Positions 59,238-64,000 of a DNA stretch of 64,000 nt are shown piece by piece (position 1 is the stretch's first letter; every line of letters begins with the position of its first letter). The notes under the pieces are model-generated. The model worked only from the letters and a program-made list of their open reading frames with translations. It ran no database searches and was not told the origin of the DNA. Origin of the DNA: Candidatus Methanomethylicaceae archaeon GD_Cm_T35_P0_bin.15 (lineage in GTDB: Archaea > Thermoproteota > Methanomethylicia > Methanomethylicales > Methanomethylicaceae); the NCBI GenBank assembly GCA_038801785.1, contig JAULTD010000001.1, positions 441,568 through 505,567 on the forward strand, in the 5' to 3' direction. Made by a program: the position numbers and the translations under genes.

Positions 59238-59450
59238 TCATGCGGCCCCGAAAGACGTCACTATGAGGTATGACCTCAGGAGGGCGGCGGCGACGAACAG
59301 GAGGGCAACGGCGATCGCGATCATCCTGAGCCGCCCCCTGTCGATGCAGATGCTGGAGCCGTACTCTGACACTATCTCGTATGTGGCGAGGAGGATCAGC
59401 GCAGTCCATGTGAGCAGGAGGTTCGCGTCGAAGGGGGTAAGGGGGATCAT
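59238..59450 (-). CDS. Small 2-TM membrane protein preceded by a GGAGG Shine-Dalgarno sequence and an ~85-nt polypurine leader
   Basis: 70 aa. 'ggaggcaagg ATG'. Hydrophobic helices. Confidence 0.4.
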   Translation of the reverse strand: MIPLTPFDANLLLTWTALILLATYEIVSEYGSSICIDRGRLRMIAIAVALLFVAAALLRSYLIVTSFGAA

Positions 59451-59576
59451 CCTTGCCTCCTCTCTCCTTTCCCTTTCCCTCTCCCTCTCCCTCTCCCTTC
59501 CCCTCTCCCTTCCCCGTCTTCTTCCTCTTTCTCTTCCCCCTTCCTGTTGGCGTTCATATCGTATCCCGGATCGGGG

Positions 59577-60038
59577 TTAGACCTCGAGCGCTGCGGGGCT
59601 CCTGCGGCTCCGGCGGAGCATGTACCCCTGCCGCGGCTGGGGCGGCGCGCCCCGTATCCTGCTCTCCACGACGGCCCTGAAGGCGCGGACGAGGTCGTTG
59701 ACGATCTCGCTGTTGCGGTTGACCCTGATCATCTTGGCCCAGCTCCTCTCGGTCCTGTAGTTGATCTCGGTGAGTATCCCTTCGTCTATCAGCTTCCTGC
59801 AGTTCGAGATGAGTGACGACTCGGAGATCCTGAGGACCTTGGCGAGCTCGCTGATGGGCATGACGGCGTCCTCTTCCTGCATTATGAGGTACTCGAGGAC
59901 GATGAGGCTGTTCCTGGTGAAGAGCCTGCTGAGAGTGCCCCTCCCCGCCCGCGCGGCCGTTCCTGCGCCTCCGCTGCAGACTGCCCGGTCCCGGGCCTGA
60001 GCGCCCCTGACCGCTGCCCTGCCCTCAGGCTCGATCAT
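59577..60038 (-). CDS. Winged-helix (TrmB/ArsR-like) transcriptional regulator
   Basis: HTH 'MPISELAKVLRISESSLISNCRKLIDEGIL'. Start chosen at the internal ATG. Overlaps the upstream membrane protein stop by 4 nt. Confidence 0.55.
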   Translation of the reverse strand: MIEPEGRAAVRGAQARDRAVCSGGAGTAARAGRGTLSRLFTRNSLIVLEYLIMQEEDAVMPISELAKVLRISESSLISNCRKLIDEGILTEINYRTERSWAKMIRVNRNSEIVNDLVRAFRAVVESRIRGAPPQPRQGYMLRRSRRSPAALEV

Positions 60039-61069
60039 GGCGCACCTGCAGGCCTGAACATCCGGAACGTTGCCACTATAGTCTTGCCGTCGGGCAGCAG
60101 ACCGCTCCTCTCTATGGATACGTGCTCCCCGGAGGACCTGGCCAGGGCGAGGGCGATCGAGCTGCAGAGGGGGCATCCCAGCGATCCGCAGATGTAGGGC
60201 AGGCTGCACGCCTCCCTGCAGAGGCCGCTGTATACCGATTTTTTGAGACGCACGGTCGCCGTCCCGCCGCTAATCGTCATACGGGTATCCCCGGCGATCT
60301 CTAGGTCCCTGAATAGCTCCTCCAGCCTCCCGGGGAGGGCGGCCAGTTTCGTCTGGGAGAAGGGCGCCCCCATCTCGTCCTCCAGGAGGTTGGCGAGGGC
60401 GAGCCCCGGCGGGGCCAGACAGATACCGGGGGGGTCCCCGGCCACCGAACTCCCGCCGGCGGCCTTTGCAGGGGGGGCGGGCGAGGCGGGGACGAAGACG
60501 GTCCCGCCGCGGATGTCCCGCGCGTGGGCCGGCGGGAGGTAGACGGCGGTTCCGTTGAGATTAAGGTCTGCCAGCATCCGGTCTATGTCCACCAGAAGGG
60601 GGAGCGTGCTGGCGTCGAGCAGGATGGCCTTGGCGTATCTCCCCGGCATCACTAGGAGGAGGACCGCCCCCCAGAAGACGAGGCCCAGTCCGATCATCGC
60701 ATGGAGCGAGGAGGCGGTCAGCGTGGAGATGGCGAGGGCAGTGGCGCCTGCTAGGATGAGGATCGCCGCGGCGGCCCGTGAGGGCCTGCGCCTCGACTTG
60801 CGGAGGGCGAGCTTCAGGGCGGACCTCTCCCTCTCCAAGCGGTCTATCCGCTCCTGCAGGCTGGCTGTGGCAGCCGATGTGTGGGCGTACTCGTGGTCTG
60901 CGACCCGGGGGCCGCCAGCGAGCCGGGGCCGTGATTGCGTTGATGGCGGCGGTGTTGGTGTTGTTGGTGATGGTGATGGTGATGGTGATGTTTGTGGTGA
61001 TGGCGGTGTTGGTGTTGTTGGTGATGGTGGCTGCTGCCCTCTTGTCTCCGGACCCGGTTCCGCAGTCAT
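60035..61069 (-). CDS. Membrane protein with a Pro/Thr/Ser-rich N-terminal repeat, a coiled-coil, one TM and a C-terminal Cys-cluster domain
   Basis: 'TTPTPPSPQTSPSPSPSPTTPTPPPS' is encoded by a (GGTGDT)n repeat at ~60940-61030. C-terminal 'CREACSLPYICGSLGCPLCSS'. Confidence 0.5.
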   Translation of the reverse strand: MTAEPGPETRGQQPPSPTTPTPPSPQTSPSPSPSPTTPTPPPSTQSRPRLAGGPRVADHEYAHTSAATASLQERIDRLERERSALKLALRKSRRRPSRAAAAILILAGATALAISTLTASSLHAMIGLGLVFWGAVLLLVMPGRYAKAILLDASTLPLLVDIDRMLADLNLNGTAVYLPPAHARDIRGGTVFVPASPAPPAKAAGGSSVAGDPPGICLAPPGLALANLLEDEMGAPFSQTKLAALPGRLEELFRDLEIAGDTRMTISGGTATVRLKKSVYSGLCREACSLPYICGSLGCPLCSSIALALARSSGEHVSIERSGLLPDGKTIVATFRMFRPAGAP

Positions 61070-61082
61070 GCCGCCAACCTGC

Positions 61083-62300
61083 CTACGCCCCCCTGCCGTA
61101 AAGCCTGAAGTAGAGCGAGTAGAGCCTGTTGACCAAAGGGTTGTCCTTGGAGCACCGGAACTTCCATGTCGCCCAGTCGCAGGCGGCGCTGAGGAGGCCC
61201 CTGCGGACCAGCCTCGCCTCGCGGTTTATCTCGTATTTGGAGGTCCACTGGAACTTGTATGGCTCGTTCCCCCGCAGCAGGTCGTATGTCTCGAAGCCCC
61301 TCCTTATGTACCTGTCAAGGGTCATCAGGACGGTCACGTTCCCTACGGCGTAGCGGGAGAACGCCGGGTCGAACCCGCTCAGGTAGGACGATGCCCTCCG
61401 GCCCATCTCAAAGTTGTACTCTGCCGAGACGGGGATCCCGTCCGCGGTCAGGAAGTACAGCCCGAGCTGGTCCTTCTCGGCAAAGCGCCTCGCGACGTCG
61501 AGGTGGAACTCCCGGAAGCTCGCCTCCTTGAACTCGCCCGGCATGCCCTTCCCGATCCACCGCATCTGGTGGAGCTTTATGAAGGCGTCCATCGCCTCGG
61601 TCAAGGACATGTCCATCTCGTCGTACCTCTTCAGCTCGACGGCATGGTCGTTCCTGATCCGCCTCGAGAACCTGTTGAGGTTGTGCCTCCACCTCCCGTC
61701 CAGCCCTTTCATCAGGGCGTCAAAAGAGCGAGGGAGGGGGATGTAGGGGCAGACGTTGCATACGCGCTCCCTGAGGCTCAGCCTGCCGGAGAGGTCCGAG
61801 CCAAGCGACCTGATGGAATCGAGCGTCGTGGAGGAATCCGGCAGCTCGTTCAGCTCGATCCAGTCGCAGTCCTCAAAGTTGTCGAGGAGGTAGCCAACTA
61901 TCGAGCGGAGGCACCTGTACTCGTCCCGGACTATGATGAAGTTGTGGTAGTCGGAGATGGGCGACCCCAAGAACTGTATCTTCCTGATCCTGCCCAGCCC
62001 CGGAAGGCGGTACCGCGTCTTCATCATGGGCGCCAGGGCCAGGGGCTTCCCGTCCTCCTGGACCATGAGGACGACCATCTTATTGCCGGAGCCGTAGTGC
62101 CTCCACCATGCGTCCACCCAGTCCCAGGTCAGGAATATGTTGTCGCGGAGGGGGCTGGCCGCGAGCAGCGACGGCCACGTCCCCTCGAGGGAGGCGAGGT
62201 CGTTGAACTCGGTGACCCGCAGGCCTGAGGGCTTGCTCACAACGCCCTGCTCGGTGGTCATCTCAGAAAGCCCGGGTGATCGCCCCGGTCCTGCGGGCAC
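61083..62300 (-). CDS. GNAT-fold acyltransferase, CelD/BioF2-like (Acetyltransf_6) family
   Basis: 405 aa. The two-lobed FemAB-like architecture resembles the cellulose-biosynthesis CelD-like proteins found in polysaccharide loci. Confidence 0.5.
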   Translation of the reverse strand: MPAGPGRSPGLSEMTTEQGVVSKPSGLRVTEFNDLASLEGTWPSLLAASPLRDNIFLTWDWVDAWWRHYGSGNKMVVLMVQEDGKPLALAPMMKTRYRLPGLGRIRKIQFLGSPISDYHNFIIVRDEYRCLRSIVGYLLDNFEDCDWIELNELPDSSTTLDSIRSLGSDLSGRLSLRERVCNVCPYIPLPRSFDALMKGLDGRWRHNLNRFSRRIRNDHAVELKRYDEMDMSLTEAMDAFIKLHQMRWIGKGMPGEFKEASFREFHLDVARRFAEKDQLGLYFLTADGIPVSAEYNFEMGRRASSYLSGFDPAFSRYAVGNVTVLMTLDRYIRRGFETYDLLRGNEPYKFQWTSKYEINREARLVRRGLLSAACDWATWKFRCSKDNPLVNRLYSLYFRLYGRGA

Positions 62301-62354
62301 GGCAGATGCGGCGCTGCCGCCCCGGCTGTGCGCCCGGTGCCATCCCCTGCATGC

Positions 62355-63152
62355 TCAGTCTAGGCATGGCTTCCCGCCCCCCCCGCCCTCCATCAGCCGG
62401 ACGAGGGAGAGGTACTTCTCCTTGGGGCACCTGAAGAACGCCTCGCAGTACTCGACATTGCTCCCGGCACCCATGGAGCGGTAGAGGTTCAGCCCGCGTA
62501 TCTTGGACGGGTAGTCTATGACGCAGACCTGGCTCCTGTGCTCTCCTATGGCGCGCACCTTTATGTCCATCAAGCCGCTTATGTCCACCAGCACGTTGGG
62601 GAGGAGCGGTGACCAGACCTCGTACCCGTAGTAGTCAGCGTCCCCTTCCCACCTCCCCAGGGCCTCAGCCACTATCCTGATCGTCGCCATGTGGTCGGGG
62701 TGGTTGTCTATGAAGAAGGGCGCGTAGACCGACCTCGGACGGTACTCGTCGAGGACCCTGAGGACGGCGCCGACTGACGAGCTGTCGCACCTGAGCGAGG
62801 CGTCGGGAAACCCTAGGAAGGTGGCCTCTTCGCTGCCGATGCCCAGGACGCGGAGCGCCGAGAGGGCCTCTTCCCGCCTTATCCCCGCTAGCTCGTCGGG
62901 CCTGAACGCATCGTTCCCCATCCCCCCGTCCGTCATGTAGACGACCCTGACCCGGGACCCGCTCCTAGCGTACCTGTGCATCGTTCCCCCGCAGCCTATG
63001 ACGTCGTCGTCCGGGTGGGGGGAGACGACGAGCACTCTGCCGCGATCCGAGTCGGGGTCCTCCAGCCTCGCGACGGTGGTCTGCCCGCGGACGGCTGAGA
63101 GGAGGGCGATGATGCCGGCCTTCGTCCTTGCGAGCCGGTCTATGCCAAACAT
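62355..63152 (-). CDS. PIG-L/LmbE-family N-acetylglucosaminyl deacetylase
   Basis: 'VVSPHPDDDVIGCGGT' zinc-binding signature. 'DNHPDHMA'. Confidence 0.88.
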   Translation of the reverse strand: MFGIDRLARTKAGIIALLSAVRGQTTVARLEDPDSDRGRVLVVSPHPDDDVIGCGGTMHRYARSGSRVRVVYMTDGGMGNDAFRPDELAGIRREEALSALRVLGIGSEEATFLGFPDASLRCDSSSVGAVLRVLDEYRPRSVYAPFFIDNHPDHMATIRIVAEALGRWEGDADYYGYEVWSPLLPNVLVDISGLMDIKVRAIGEHRSQVCVIDYPSKIRGLNLYRSMGAGSNVEYCEAFFRCPKEKYLSLVRLMEGGGGGKPCLD

Positions 63153-63821
63153 GATCAGATGATCAGCCCCCTGGCCGGTCGGCGGCTGCCGTCTTGCTCA
63201 TTGCTCATTACGCAATACTCATCCCTCATCCTTCATCGCTCATCCCTCATCCCTCATCCTCATCCTCATCCTTATCCTTATCCTCATCCTCATCCTCATC
63301 GCTCATTGGGCAGCCCGCGCCGGCCGGCTCCCCTGCGGCGGATGGAGGGCGCCCGTATCGCTGAGCACTCTGCCGCGAACGACGCGATCCGCCAGCTCAG
63401 GGTAGCAGATCCCGTCCGGTTGTACCCGCCGGTGCGATCGCCTTCCCCATGCGCCCTTCTGCTCCCCCCGCCATCCATCCCCGTCGACCCCGCGGATGCT
63501 GGCGGAGCCGGCGTCGGGGGCGATGTCAAGGGTGATGCGGGTGCCGGCATACGTTCTGATGCGGATGATGACACGGGCAGGGGCAGGGGCGCAGACGCGG
63601 ATCCCGGCGGCAGTACTGGCGATGCCGGCACAGCTACGGGTACCTGCGATTCCCTTCCGTTCTCTGATGCCGTCACCGGCTTTCCTTCCTGCGCCTCCGC
63701 CGGCGCCCCCCTCAGGGTCCCAGGCACTGCCCCTGCTCCCTCCGCCGCGACCCCTCCCGGCTCTGCCCCCTGCGGACCCTTCCCAGCCCGCCGGGGCGCC
63801 GTCATATGTGTGCGGTTTTCA

Positions 63822-64000
63822 CCCATAGCTGAAGAGGATCGCCCTCGAGTTGTCGTAGATGCGGTTCAGGCTTGGGCTCTCCAGGAGCCGGGAGACCTCG
63901 GTCTCGTTGAATACCTGCGGTTCCCCCCTGCCGGTGGCGAAGTGGAGGTACTGGGGGCCGTACGAGAGGTAGAGGTAGTAGTCGGTCCTCCCGAGCTCCA
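63822..64000 (-). CDS. 3' end of an unidentified gene (C-terminal 59 aa); truncated by the window end
   Basis: Clean coding frame '..YYLYLSYGPQYLHFATGRGEPQVFNETEVSRLLESPSLNRIYDNSRAILFSYG*'. Stop codon at 63819-63821. Confidence 0.5.

Noticed and set aside
59163-59409. 82-codon N-terminal extension of the flippase ORF (MDCADPPRHIRDS...)
   Set aside because: Arg/Pro-rich and non-hydrophobic, unlike the rest of the permease. The internal ATG at 59163 precedes the first TM helix, so it was taken as the start.
63296-63826. 176-aa Ala/Pro/Ser/Gly-rich minus-strand ORF and its plus-strand counterpart at 63496-63828
   Set aside because: Low-complexity composition over a GC-rich repeat-containing spacer, with no motifs. 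More likely non-coding. It overlaps the stop codon of the upstream real gene.

Overview
High-GC archaeal chromosomal window, strongly strand-biased: almost every gene from ~1.3 kb to 64 kb lies on the minus strand.

1) Positions 640-14911 hold the conserved archaeal transcription/translation super-operon on the minus strand: rpoH, rpoB, rpoA', rpoA'', L30e, NusA, S12, S7, EF-1alpha, S10. rpoB is a single fused gene. No EF-2 sits between S7 and EF-1alpha, which fits a TACK/Thermoplasmata-like lineage better than a class I/II methanogen or halophile. A SAM-methyltransferase gene and a ~650-bp ORF-free spacer sit unexpectedly between NusA and S12. RpoA'' and S7 both carry low-complexity acidic N-terminal extensions encoded by hexanucleotide microsatellites.

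2) Two intron-containing tRNA genes: tRNA-Tyr(GUA) on the minus strand, directly upstream of rpoH, and tRNA-Asp(GUC) on the plus strand.

3) An AT-richer accessory patch follows tRNA-Asp (18.6-24.1 kb). It contains three-frame fragmented ORFs, a VapBC pair, a Panacea-domain (DUF4065) protein, and a start-less PIN-like ORF.

4) A ~17-kb low-GC surface-glycan biosynthesis island (~27.4-44.5 kb) carries flippases, GT4/GT2 glycosyltransferases, NDP-sugar epimerases, a deacetylase, a GNAT protein, an aldo/keto reductase and a large polytopic membrane protein. GC drops sharply inside the first gene (an epimerase) and the last gene (a GT2), so both look mosaic. The island contains decayed duplicate fragments of flanking native genes (flippase 3' end, epimerase 5' end, DUF457 hydrolase 5' end, a DUF1616 5' end with ATG->ATT) and a frameshifted methyltransferase. 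These are footprints of cassette replacement.

5) A MoxR(AAA+)-DUF58-DUF4350 operon with a 696-aa Ig-repeat surface protein and DUF1616-like membrane proteins lies at 45.2-53.5 kb.

6) A second, high-GC glycan cluster (53.5-63.2 kb) holds WecB, a third Wzx-like flippase, a CelD-like GNAT protein and a PIG-L deacetylase. It includes an odd Cys/Asn/Gly tandem-repeat protein.

Across the whole window there are many GC-rich hexanucleotide tandem repeats and 90-150-bp homopurine/homopyrimidine tracts in intergenic spacers. No rRNA, CRISPR array or intact transposase/integrase was seen.
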